From: a virus
DNA length: 64,000 nt
Reading direction: 5' to 3' (one strand)
IMG/VR virus record: IMGVR_UViG_3300025896_001356
Location: 1 to 64,000 of that record
In this document: positions 10,179 through 19,525 of the stretch, piece by piece
Layout of the letters: each line of letters opens with the position of its first letter
Position numbering within the stretch: position 1 is the stretch's first letter
Translations under genes and position numbers: made by a program
Notes under the pieces: model-generated
The model's input: only the letters and a program-made list of their open reading frames with translations
Database searches by the model: none
What the model was told of the DNA's origin: nothing

Positions 10179-11383
10179 ATAATATACCAGTTAACAAGAT
10201 ATGCAGTATGCCTTGGGTTGGGTTTAGCAATGATCCCGACGGTAAAGTGCGGCCGTGCTGTTTGTACAAAGGTCATATATCAGAGAATGATAAACCAATG
10301 TATGTGCAGCAGCACAGTGTAGATGACATTTTTAAAAGCAAATACATGCGTGACTTGCGCGATGATTTTAGAAATGGTAATCAGCCTTCGGCCTGTTCCA
10401 CCTGCTGGGTAGATGAAAAAAATGGATTTAAAAGCAAACGATTGATTGCCAATGAAATCTGGAAACATCATCAAATTGACTATATGGAAGAACCAGTTCT
10501 TCCAGTTGAATTTCAGATGATTATAAACAATTCCTGCAATCTAAAATGTCGGTCTTGCACGCCTAGCCATAGTACCCAATGGCAAATTGAAAATGTTAAA
10601 ATTAATGGAAGTTCAGGTTACAATATGCCGCATGGCCAAGCAGGCGATGACGATAGTGTATTATGGACAAAGCGTCACGAATGGTATGCAAGTGTGCAAC
10701 GATTGGAAATAGTAGGCGGCGAACCTTTTTATGTTAAACAATGGCACCAAATATTTGAAGAACTAATCGAATTAGGTTATGCAAAGAATATCGTACTGAA
10801 TCTGAGTTCGAATTGTACATTGTTTTTTGGTGGCTTAGTTGAAAGGATGACTCAAAATTTCAAATCTGTTGGAATTGGATTAAGTATAGATGGCACTGGC
10901 TCCGAATACGAATATCTGCGTCATCCAGGTAATTGGGACACTGTCTACGCTAACATGAAAAAGTATCATGCCTTAATGGAAAAGTACCCCAATTTACATG
11001 TACAAGTGAGTTATACAATCGGCTGGTTAAATGCACTGGATCTAACCATTATGCACGAACTAGTACGAACAGACTTTCCTAAGTTTAGGATATGGAATAA
11101 CATCATTCATTTTCCCGAGCATATGGCAATTTGTTCAGCGTCAGACGATATAAAACAGGAAATAATGGACAATTGGGACGCATATAAATGGGATCAACAT
11201 TATACATCAATCATTGACGGCGTCAAAACTTTTATGAATAGTAAATCAATCAGCACACAACAATTTAAAAGTTATGTTGATATTCTGCTCAGCAGAGATG
11301 CCATCCGAAACGAAAACTTATATGAATCCTTTCCGAAACTTGTTAAATTTTTACCAACACAATCTGATAACTCTGACTCATAA
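10175..11383 (+). CDS. N-terminal twitch-domain radical SAM protein #7 (type B)
   Basis: ICSMPW..PCC..CSTCW; CNLKCRSC; VGGEPF. Confidence 0.9.
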   Translation: MNNIPVNKICSMPWVGFSNDPDGKVRPCCLYKGHISENDKPMYVQQHSVDDIFKSKYMRDLRDDFRNGNQPSACSTCWVDEKNGFKSKRLIANEIWKHHQIDYMEEPVLPVEFQMIINNSCNLKCRSCTPSHSTQWQIENVKINGSSGYNMPHGQAGDDDSVLWTKRHEWYASVQRLEIVGGEPFYVKQWHQIFEELIELGYAKNIVLNLSSNCTLFFGGLVERMTQNFKSVGIGLSIDGTGSEYEYLRHPGNWDTVYANMKKYHALMEKYPNLHVQVSYTIGWLNALDLTIMHELVRTDFPKFRIWNNIIHFPEHMAICSASDDIKQEIMDNWDAYKWDQHYTSIIDGVKTFMNSKSISTQQFKSYVDILLSRDAIRNENLYESFPKLVKFLPTQSDNSDS

Positions 11384-11419
11384 TATGCAAGTACATAAAT
11401 TAAAACAACAAGGCATATT

Positions 11420-12757
11420 ATGAGCGAGCAGTCATTTAATCCAACTGATCTTGCAGCAAGCAGCGATACATTTTGTATCTTGCCCTGGATGCACCAGTAC
11501 ATTGGCACACGCGGAGATATTAAACCATGCTGTGCGTTTGAGCATACGTTAGAAATTGGAAATTTAAAAAAAGAAACATTGGCTGATACTTGGAACAATG
11601 ACAAAACCAAAAATGTTCGTCTCGAATTGCTCAATGGAAAAATTCCCAAAGGTTGCGAGATCTGCGACCGCAAAGGAAAAGGTATGGCATTGGCCGACGC
11701 AGCCAACAGTTGGTTTTATGACACCAATGCAGAATCTGGTGTCAAATTTGATATTATGCAACAGCTAGCATCAACTCAGTCTGACGGTACAGTGGCCGAC
11801 CACAAGTTATTTTATATGGATACACGTTTTAATAATCTTTGTAATTTATCGTGCCGTACATGCGGTCCGCACTTTAGTACAACTTGGGCAGCCGAACGTA
11901 AAAAGATTGCCATCTTGACAAATATGCCTTTGCGAGATGACGGAATTGATACAGGTTTGCAATTTGCTGGAAAAACAGTAAATGATGCTTACGAACAATT
12001 GTTGCCACATTTTCCCAATCTCACACGCATTTATTTCGCAGGCGGCGAACCAATGATGCAAGTGGAGCACTACAACACGCTTAAAGAATTAATAAGGACT
12101 GGCCGCACTGACGTTGAGCTTTGGTACAATGCAAATTTCAGTAGATTGACCTTAGGTAAAGATGATGCCATTGAACTTTGGAAAAATTTTAAATCTGTCA
12201 GAATGATGGCTAGCCTGGATGGGTCATATTTAAAAGGGGAGTATTGGCGTAATGGCTTACATTGGAGCGATGCAATACGTCATCGCGAGAAAATGCTAGC
12301 TGAGGCGCCACATGTTGAATTTTATGTTTCCTTTGTGGTAAGTTGGCCAAATATTTTTAATCTATTAGAATTTCACAAAGAATGGTTCGAATTAGGTTAT
12401 ATTAGTAGTGTTGAACACTTTAGTCTGAATCTATTAGAAGGGCCAGCAATGTATAGTTTGCAAAATTTGCCCGAATGGAAAAAAATAAAAATTAAAGCAG
12501 CAATAACCAACCACATTGTATGGATTAATAGCAATTCATTAAATGGCAATTCTACTATTGCATTTGCACTAAACAGATTCGTCGAAAGTATGATGCAGCC
12601 AGCAGTTGATCTGCAGAAAAGTCTGACTAAGTTCGCTATAGAAACCAAAATGCTGGATAACGTACGAGATCAGAATTTTTGGGAAGTATATCCTGAGCAT
12701 TTAGATCTTAAAGAATATATGCAACAAGAATTTAACATAGTATGGGAAAATCTATAA
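11420..12757 (+). CDS. N-terminal twitch-domain radical SAM protein #8 (type B)
   Basis: FCILPWMH..PCC..CEIC; CNLSCRTC; AGGEPM. Confidence 0.9.
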   Translation: MSEQSFNPTDLAASSDTFCILPWMHQYIGTRGDIKPCCAFEHTLEIGNLKKETLADTWNNDKTKNVRLELLNGKIPKGCEICDRKGKGMALADAANSWFYDTNAESGVKFDIMQQLASTQSDGTVADHKLFYMDTRFNNLCNLSCRTCGPHFSTTWAAERKKIAILTNMPLRDDGIDTGLQFAGKTVNDAYEQLLPHFPNLTRIYFAGGEPMMQVEHYNTLKELIRTGRTDVELWYNANFSRLTLGKDDAIELWKNFKSVRMMASLDGSYLKGEYWRNGLHWSDAIRHREKMLAEAPHVEFYVSFVVSWPNIFNLLEFHKEWFELGYISSVEHFSLNLLEGPAMYSLQNLPEWKKIKIKAAITNHIVWINSNSLNGNSTIAFALNRFVESMMQPAVDLQKSLTKFAIETKMLDNVRDQNFWEVYPEHLDLKEYMQQEFNIVWENL

Positions 12758-12806
12758 TGGGTGAAGCAATAAAATGTGCGTTCCTCATTGTAAATGCAGC
12801 TTTTGA

Positions 12807-13763
12807 ATGAGTGAATATATAAAATACTTGAGTTTTTTAAAAAATCCAAAGTCTTTGGAGGAACTCTGGCTGGTCCAACACTGGCTTGAAATTGCACCAG
12901 CCAGTTCTAGCAATAATATGCAGAAATTTTTTATCAGGCCAGCAAATCAGCATGAAATTGATAACTCGGCTCAAGCCTATGCCAATGGTCGTACTACAAA
13001 ATCGTCGCCTCCGGAATATAAGGTTGATCGTTACGGATTTAGAATAGCGTCAGGTTTCGCAGGATTAGACACAATTGATGATTCAGACCACTTGCATATT
13101 GGATTTTTTGGTTGCTCTTTCACATATGGTATCGGATTAGAGTCTGAAGAAATTTGGATAGAAGGGGTAGCCAGTGCATTATCTGTACAACTCAATAGGC
13201 CTGTAACAATTTATAATTTTGGCGAAGGCGGTGCCGGAGTACAGAGAATAGCAGATATATTCCGCCAGGTAACACAGTTTAGGAAATTAGACTATGCATT
13301 TTTTTTACTTCCAGATCATCAACGTTACCAGTATCCGGTTATTGTCACAGACCATCAACCAACCACAAGCCCAGTTAAACTTATAAATGTAGTTAATGGA
13401 TTTAATCCAACTCGCATCAGCAATGAACAACAGTACCAGTTAATAACTCGAAATAAATCCATGTCCGAACTCGACGATGTCAACCGACTGATCAATGAAT
13501 TGCAGATCATTGAACTTATTGCCAAGGTAAACAACGTCAAAATATTCTATTCAGCCTGGCGAGCTCCTACTTACGAAATATTGTCAACACACATTGATAA
13601 TAGTGCAATGTTACCATTTTTTGGTTCTTCGCCAGGCACTAGCAGAGACGGAAACTGGACAGATTTTGCTGCCGACGGCAGTCATCCTGGGCCAAAATTA
13701 AATCAACATTGGGTAAATATAGTACAGCAATATTTCATTGAACACAGAAAAGGATTAGATTAA
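12807..13763 (+). CDS. SGNH/GDSL-like hydrolase/acyltransferase
   Basis: FFGCSFTYG (block I Ser), NFGEGGAG (block II), C-terminal DGSHPG (DxxH). Confidence 0.7.
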   Translation: MSEYIKYLSFLKNPKSLEELWLVQHWLEIAPASSSNNMQKFFIRPANQHEIDNSAQAYANGRTTKSSPPEYKVDRYGFRIASGFAGLDTIDDSDHLHIGFFGCSFTYGIGLESEEIWIEGVASALSVQLNRPVTIYNFGEGGAGVQRIADIFRQVTQFRKLDYAFFLLPDHQRYQYPVIVTDHQPTTSPVKLINVVNGFNPTRISNEQQYQLITRNKSMSELDDVNRLINELQIIELIAKVNNVKIFYSAWRAPTYEILSTHIDNSAMLPFFGSSPGTSRDGNWTDFAADGSHPGPKLNQHWVNIVQQYFIEHRKGLD

Positions 13764-14968
13764 TGAGCCAGATGTACGGTAAAGTAACCCGGTTACACAT
13801 AGAATTATCAAGCAGGTGCAATGCCAGCTGCCCGTGTTGCAGCAGAAATTTTTGCGGCGGCCCAGTTGTGCCTGACCTAGATCTCACTGAGCTATCGCTT
13901 GCTGATATAAAACAAATGATTCCAAATGAGTTAGCGGCACAATTACATGCTATTAATTTTTGTGGCAACATAGGCGACCCGGGTATGGCAACAGATTTAA
14001 TAGAAATATTAGAGCATTTTCGAGACCAGTCGCCAAACATTATACTGCAAGTTAGAACCAATGGCGGCATGCGTTCAGCAGAATTTTGGACCAAATTGGG
14101 TAACTTTTTTAAAAATCACCAAGCCAACAATATGGATCCAATTCAGGCCGATGGCGGCCATTTGTTTGGTAGATCAAACGTCGTTTTCAGTGTCGACGGA
14201 CTTGAAGAAACTAATCATATATACCGCCGCGGGGTAATTTGGGAAAAATTAATCAGAAACATGCAAGCATATAGCGATACTGGTGCAACTGCAACTTGGG
14301 AATGGTTATTGTTTGATCATAATAAACACCAAATTGACGAAGCACATGCATTGGCCAAGAAATTAAATTTTGATCTTTTATTCAAGAATCCAATGGGGTT
14401 CACTGAACATGATGGTATTTTCAAACCAATACCAGTGTATAGCAAAGCTGGCAAGTACGAGTATAGTATTTGGCCAAATGGCTACTCCGGTGAAAAAATA
14501 GTCGGCGCAGATAGTTCGTTTGATTTTGTCAATCATTACATTACTCAAAAACAAAATAAAAACATACCCGTTATTAACGAATTTAGTAAAAGTTTAGAAA
14601 ACAATACAATAACATGTCGGTCAACTGCTAAATTGGATCAGGGTGAAGTGTACATTTCTGCAGGTGGCTATATGTTACCTTGCTGCTATCTAGGAAGTGT
14701 GTTTGGTCAGAATCAATCATCATATTCACGCTACCAGTTCAATTCACTGATGCAAGACTATGGATTAGAGAAATTCAATCTGAGAACCCGGCCAATGACG
14801 GATATTTTAAAAGGGCCAGAATTTTCCAAATTTTTCTTAGATGGTTGGTCAGCAGATACAATCAAAAACGGTAAATTATTATATTGTATAGAAACATGCG
14901 GACAATCAGAATTAAATTCTATTGATAAACTATATCCTAATAAAATTATCAGTAAAGATTTAACATGA
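13763..14968 (+). CDS. radical SAM protein #9 with C-terminal twitch/SPASM-like domain
   Basis: CNASCPCC near the N-terminus, FCGNIGDP, FSVDG; C-terminal C..YISAGGYMLPCC..CIETC. Confidence 0.88.
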   Translation: MSQMYGKVTRLHIELSSRCNASCPCCSRNFCGGPVVPDLDLTELSLADIKQMIPNELAAQLHAINFCGNIGDPGMATDLIEILEHFRDQSPNIILQVRTNGGMRSAEFWTKLGNFFKNHQANNMDPIQADGGHLFGRSNVVFSVDGLEETNHIYRRGVIWEKLIRNMQAYSDTGATATWEWLLFDHNKHQIDEAHALAKKLNFDLLFKNPMGFTEHDGIFKPIPVYSKAGKYEYSIWPNGYSGEKIVGADSSFDFVNHYITQKQNKNIPVINEFSKSLENNTITCRSTAKLDQGEVYISAGGYMLPCCYLGSVFGQNQSSYSRYQFNSLMQDYGLEKFNLRTRPMTDILKGPEFSKFFLDGWSADTIKNGKLLYCIETCGQSELNSIDKLYPNKIISKDLT

Positions 14969-15014
14969 AAATATTTGGCAATACACAGCTATATCAACTT
15001 ACCAGGAGCATTAC

Positions 15015-15116
15015 ATGTTTAAATGGATAAAAAATTTATATTACAAGATCAAAACAGAATTGCGCTATCGGAAGCGCATCAAAGAAATGAAAAAACGTGA
15101 TCCGTTCATCTACTAA
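15015..15116 (+). CDS. 33-aa basic micropeptide ending in DPFIY (SxtK/DUF5989-reminiscent; not in the ORF track)
   Basis: MFKWIKNLYYKIKTELRYRKRIKEMKKRDPFIY*, preceded by a CAGGAG RBS. Confidence 0.65.
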   Translation: MFKWIKNLYYKIKTELRYRKRIKEMKKRDPFIY

Positions 15117-15123
15117 GTAGAAC

Positions 15124-15828
15124 ATGAAAATTGGAATATTTGGTGATAGCTTTGCAGTATACTACCCAGAAAAGGCGCCCAGAACGGCCTGGGCTACTGT
15201 CTTAGAAGATAAATTTAAATGGGATGTTACTAACTACGCCTGGGGGGCAACAAGTTTATTTTGGACTTATACGCAATTATTAAATAATATAAACGACGTT
15301 GATATTGTCATAATGAGTATTACTCAGCAAGGTAGATTATACAGTCATGATCCAAAAGCGTGTACTGGTCTGTCTAATTATGGATCAGTTAATGCTCGGC
15401 TTGCTGGATTGAGTAGTAGTCATGCAGATTATGAAATTCTCAATGCCGCACTGCAATATTTTGTGCATTTGTCCAATGATGATTTTAATAGGTATGTACA
15501 TGTCAAAATCATTGACGACATAAAGAAACTCTGCAACTTGCAGGGTAAACGATTGATTTTAATTCCCGGATTTGATGAAGATATAAACTCTCAAGATATA
15601 TTTCAGTCTGCACTAATAAATGTGTCGGTCACTGAGTGCTGGGCGCATTTTAAGCAGCCGTACGTCATTGAAGCGCCTACACGTAATTGTCATATGACAG
15701 ATGCAAACAATAGTATACTAGCTCAACTGTTGGATCAAATATTACGTGGCAATCGAACAGAGGTCAAACTCACTGATTTTAATTTTGAAAAAATATCAGA
15801 TTTATCTTCCCAATGGATTTTACCATAA
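15124..15828 (+). CDS. SGNH/GDSL-like protein
   Basis: IGIFGDSF, NYAWGATS, C-terminal RNCHMT..N. Confidence 0.7.
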   Translation: MKIGIFGDSFAVYYPEKAPRTAWATVLEDKFKWDVTNYAWGATSLFWTYTQLLNNINDVDIVIMSITQQGRLYSHDPKACTGLSNYGSVNARLAGLSSSHADYEILNAALQYFVHLSNDDFNRYVHVKIIDDIKKLCNLQGKRLILIPGFDEDINSQDIFQSALINVSVTECWAHFKQPYVIEAPTRNCHMTDANNSILAQLLDQILRGNRTEVKLTDFNFEKISDLSSQWILP

Positions 15829-17285
15829 TGATATTAGGTATTACAGCACAAAATCATGACGCCAGTTTAGCACTAATAGATGGTGATCGTATTGTATGGG
15901 CAGCACACGCAGAACGCTACAGCAGAGTTAAAAACGATCCGCTATTAAATGCAGCCATGCTGGCAGATATGCGATGCTACGGCGAGCCAACTGAATTAGT
16001 ATGGTTTGAAAAGCCCGTACAAAAGGATTTACGACGATTGATTTCCGGACAACGTCCTTGGCATGTTAGTCCTAAAGATCAATTACGTGCAGTGGGATTA
16101 GATCACTTGCCTATCGACTATGTTGGCCATCATCAAAGCCATGCTGCCGCAGGATACTATACAAGTGGGTTCAAAGACGCTGCAATCTTAGTAGTAGATG
16201 CAATCGGCGAATGGGACACAGTTAGTATTTGGCATGCTGAAGGTGCCGATATGAAGCGCAAGTGGTCAAAGAAGTATCCTAACAGCGTAGGATTGTTTTA
16301 CACAGCAATGACACAGTGGTTAGGATTAAAGCCCAATGAAGAAGAATACATCCTAATGGGCATGGCTGCTTATGGAAAGCCTCGACACGCAGAAGAACTA
16401 TTAGAAACGTTCTTTACCAAGTGGGCGCCACCCGACTTTAAGCTAAAGCACAATCTACATCGTGGTTGCGCTTGGTGGACTCCTAAAGACTCTACTGCAA
16501 CCAAGTTTGATATTGCTGCCAGTGTACAGTACATAATTGAAATGTATTTGACAGAGACAATTGATTGGATGTCTGGAGAAATTGATTCAGATAATTTAGT
16601 CTTTATGGGCGGCGTTGCATTAAATTGTGTGGCAAATGCATTAATTGCACGAGAAAACTATTTTAATAATTTCTGGATTATGCCTAATCCCGGTGACAGC
16701 GGCAGTGCAATTGGTGCAGTTGCAGCCCATACTCGACGGCATTTAAAATGGGAAACCATTTACCTAGGCACTGATATCAAACAAGATGTTGATGTCAAGT
16801 CAATTGTTAAAGAACTCAAAAAGGGCAATGTGGTAGCAGTAGCAAATGGTCGTGCTGAGTTTGGCCCACGTTCATTAGGTAATCGTAGTTTACTGTGCGA
16901 TCCACGTGGTGCAGATGCCAAGCCCCGCATGAATACTATTAAAAAGCGTGAACAATTTCGTCCATTTGCGCCGGCTGTGTTAGCAGAACACGCAGACACA
17001 TATTTTGACATGCCTGTTGCAGAAAGCCCTTATATGCAGTTTGTTGCAGAATGTAGAACGCCAGACACATTGCCGGGTATTTGTCACGTAGATAACTCTA
17101 GTAGAGTGCAAACAGTTACCGAGCAAGATAATCCTGTGTTTCGTAGTATATTAGAAGCATGGGAAACTGCAACAGGTTGCCCTATATTAATGAATACCAG
17201 TTTAAACATTCGTGGCGAACCGCTAGTAAATACCTGGGCAGACGCACTGCGCTTTCAAACTTTACACAAGGTAAATGTATATTAA
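15828..17285 (+). CDS. NodU/CmcH-family O-carbamoyltransferase
   Basis: ILGI..HDAS, HHQSHAA, DAIGE, GGVALNC, EFGPRSLGNRSLL, KKREQFRPFAP, NTSLN. Start placed at MILGI (TAATG coupling). Confidence 0.95.
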   Translation: MILGITAQNHDASLALIDGDRIVWAAHAERYSRVKNDPLLNAAMLADMRCYGEPTELVWFEKPVQKDLRRLISGQRPWHVSPKDQLRAVGLDHLPIDYVGHHQSHAAAGYYTSGFKDAAILVVDAIGEWDTVSIWHAEGADMKRKWSKKYPNSVGLFYTAMTQWLGLKPNEEEYILMGMAAYGKPRHAEELLETFFTKWAPPDFKLKHNLHRGCAWWTPKDSTATKFDIAASVQYIIEMYLTETIDWMSGEIDSDNLVFMGGVALNCVANALIARENYFNNFWIMPNPGDSGSAIGAVAAHTRRHLKWETIYLGTDIKQDVDVKSIVKELKKGNVVAVANGRAEFGPRSLGNRSLLCDPRGADAKPRMNTIKKREQFRPFAPAVLAEHADTYFDMPVAESPYMQFVAECRTPDTLPGICHVDNSSRVQTVTEQDNPVFRSILEAWETATGCPILMNTSLNIRGEPLVNTWADALRFQTLHKVNVY

Positions 17286-18047
17286 ATGGTTAAACGATTA
17301 GTAATTGTAGGGGATAGTTTTTGTGCTGACCGCAAAATAGCCACCGACTGGCCGGTTAAACTTGCAAATATGCTCGGACGCCAACTGCGCGGTGAAGGGC
17401 GTGGTGGACGGGCGTGGTGGACGACACGAAGCTGGATTTATAAAAATATTGGTCAAATTGACCAAGACACAATTTTAATAGTGTGTCATACTTCTCCGTC
17501 TAGATTACCAAATCAGAATCACTATCCAATCAGTACTGGTATTTTACATAGCGAAGTTTCTGCGCCATCAAATGATTTACGGCTAGTTGATCCCAATGGT
17601 GAACTATTTAATTTGGCCAAAAATTTCTATCTATCAGACTTATATGTGCATGAGTTTTACGAATGGGCAGGAAGGTGCTGGTTGCATGAAGTAAACAACC
17701 TGGCACAACGAGTACATAAACTTATTCATTTGCCTGGTCCAGACGCTATTCATCATTCGTTTGATACCCAATATAGTAATTCTATTAGAATAGAACCATC
17801 ATTGGAATGCAAAGCACTAGTTGACTTGTCAATGAAAGAATTAAAACAAAATGGTAGAAAGTTTTTTGGACCCGACGCACGACATAACCATCTAACTGAA
17901 CACAACAATATCAAATTGGCCGAAGCCTTGTATACTATAATTAAATCAGAATCTGCTCCGACTAATCCAATGCATTTTGATAATCTCAATGAGTGGTCCT
18001 TTACAAATGACGATTTTAAAGTCAGAATGGATTTTGAAAACTACTAA
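17286..18047 (+). CDS. SGNH/GDSL-like protein
   Basis: IVGDSFC, GRGGRA, C-terminal RHNHLT..N. Paralogous in layout to 15124..15828. Confidence 0.7.
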   Translation: MVKRLVIVGDSFCADRKIATDWPVKLANMLGRQLRGEGRGGRAWWTTRSWIYKNIGQIDQDTILIVCHTSPSRLPNQNHYPISTGILHSEVSAPSNDLRLVDPNGELFNLAKNFYLSDLYVHEFYEWAGRCWLHEVNNLAQRVHKLIHLPGPDAIHHSFDTQYSNSIRIEPSLECKALVDLSMKELKQNGRKFFGPDARHNHLTEHNNIKLAEALYTIIKSESAPTNPMHFDNLNEWSFTNDDFKVRMDFENY

Positions 18048-18055
18048 ATAAAATT

Positions 18056-18847
18056 ATGAAAAAACTATTGTTAATCCTTTTGGCAACATTTACAATGTCT
18101 GCCTTTGCCTGGACTCAAACTCCTGCTAAACCACTTGAAGCATGTGCTGCACAAATGCCGTATGGTATTCCTGAAGTTGCTCGTAAAGTAACTGGCCTAT
18201 GTCACTTGGCATACGCCACAGCAAATGACGAAGCTGCAAAACTACCAGTCTGGACCAGTTATGTACTAACTCCAGAACATGCTCTTGGTTGTGTTGCCCG
18301 TACTAACGCATTCACCCCAGACATCAGCATCAAAGGCGGTGCACGACCAGACGACTATGCTGGCACTGGTTACGATAAAGGTCACGTGGCACCAGATGGG
18401 GATATGAGTTGGGACCAGCAAGTTGAATATGAATCATTTTTAATGACCAATATGATGCCGCAATTGGGCGGCTTGAATAGAGGTATCTGGAAGCAGCTTG
18501 AAACAATAATTCGTGGCTGGACAGTTCAGCAAGCTCACAGCTATACAATTTATGCAGGCCCCATTTATAACATGGCAAACAACAAGATTGGCAAAGGAGT
18601 TGTTATACCAAGTGCGTTCTACAAGATTGCGATCAATAATGAGACGCATGCTATTGCTGGTTGGGTATTCCCGCATCGCACTGACTTAAAGGATTTAGAA
18701 GAACTCCGCATGCCTGTTAAGCACATCATGGAAGCTGCTGGAGTGCAATTTGGATTTCCAGATGCCGGCAAAGAAATTCGTCCAGGTAACGAACCTGACG
18801 TTGATTTTGGTGCATTAACCAAAGCTAAACAAGCAATTTGCAAGTAA
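18056..18847 (+). CDS. secreted DNA/RNA non-specific endonuclease (NucA/EndoG family)
   Basis: Signal peptide MKKLLLILLATFTMSAFA; YDKGHVAP; ESFLMTNMMPQ..LNRGIW. Confidence 0.92.
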   Translation: MKKLLLILLATFTMSAFAWTQTPAKPLEACAAQMPYGIPEVARKVTGLCHLAYATANDEAAKLPVWTSYVLTPEHALGCVARTNAFTPDISIKGGARPDDYAGTGYDKGHVAPDGDMSWDQQVEYESFLMTNMMPQLGGLNRGIWKQLETIIRGWTVQQAHSYTIYAGPIYNMANNKIGKGVVIPSAFYKIAINNETHAIAGWVFPHRTDLKDLEELRMPVKHIMEAAGVQFGFPDAGKEIRPGNEPDVDFGALTKAKQAICK

Positions 18848-18910
18848 TACACCTACTTAACGCTTGCATTAACACGATACATAAATAGAATCGCTGTATA
18901 CGGCACCGCT

Positions 18911-18940
18911 AAACAGGGCACATTGGTTGCCCTGTTTTCT
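18911..18940 (+). terminator. intrinsic terminator
   Basis: AAACAGGGCA-cattggt-TGCCCTGTTT stem ending in a T run. Confidence 0.7.
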
Positions 18941-18968
18941 TGACAACGTATAAGTATTTTGCTATAAT
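18940..18968 (+). promoter_or_regulatory. sigma70-type promoter
   Basis: TTGACA-17 nt-TATAAT just upstream of 18975. Confidence 0.85.
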
Positions 18969-18974
18969 AGTAAG

Positions 18975-19493
18975 ATGAAAGTTATTAATGTTATTGCCGG
19001 CCCAGGTGTAGGTAAAAGCACTCTAGCGTCAGGTCTCTATCATGAGGCAAAACGCAGAGGGTGGAATGTAGAATTGGTTACGGAAGTGGCCAAGGACCTA
19101 GTTTGGGAAGGGCGGCAATGTGCGTTAAGCAATCAGGCTTATGTATTTGGACGGCAAGTTCAACGTATACATAGGTTAGAAGGGCAAGTTGATTATGTTA
19201 TCACTGACAGCCCCTTCTTGTTAAGTGCCATCTATGCGCCGGATGATTATCCAAGTGCATGGGAGGAAGTAGTAGTAGAACTTTGGAAACGTTACGATAA
19301 CAGCGTGGCATTTCTAGAGCGCGGCCCTTGGTTTTCCGAAACGGGTCGTGTGCATAATCTTCAAGCGAGTTTGGAGATCGATCAACGGATTGCGGTGCTC
19401 TTGGCAAAGCATAACATAACCCACACTCAGGTTAGTTATGGATACCAGAGCCCAGGTGAAGTCTTAGATGCTATTTTAGCGTCAAGGGCCTGA
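18975..19493 (+). CDS. P-loop kinase/ATPase (NadR/AAA_28-like)
   Basis: GPGVGKST Walker A; VITDSP; ETGRVH. Confidence 0.75.
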   Translation: MKVINVIAGPGVGKSTLASGLYHEAKRRGWNVELVTEVAKDLVWEGRQCALSNQAYVFGRQVQRIHRLEGQVDYVITDSPFLLSAIYAPDDYPSAWEEVVVELWKRYDNSVAFLERGPWFSETGRVHNLQASLEIDQRIAVLLAKHNITHTQVSYGYQSPGEVLDAILASRA

Positions 19494-19525
19494 CTGGAGG
19501 TAATCCCAATGAAAGGAGATGTAAT

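Noticed and set aside
1274-14968. Assigning the rSAMs as QueE, MoaA, NrdG or anaerobic sulfatase maturase
   Set aside because: Domain order (N-terminal twitch), size and motifs do not match, and no cognate partner genes are adjacent.
14965-15030. 21-aa ORF MKIFGNTQLYQLTRSITCLNG overlapping the rSAM #9 stop
   Set aside because: Very short and overlaps the better-supported PFIY ORF and its RBS. Resemblance to the SGNH start MKIGIFG is probably chance.
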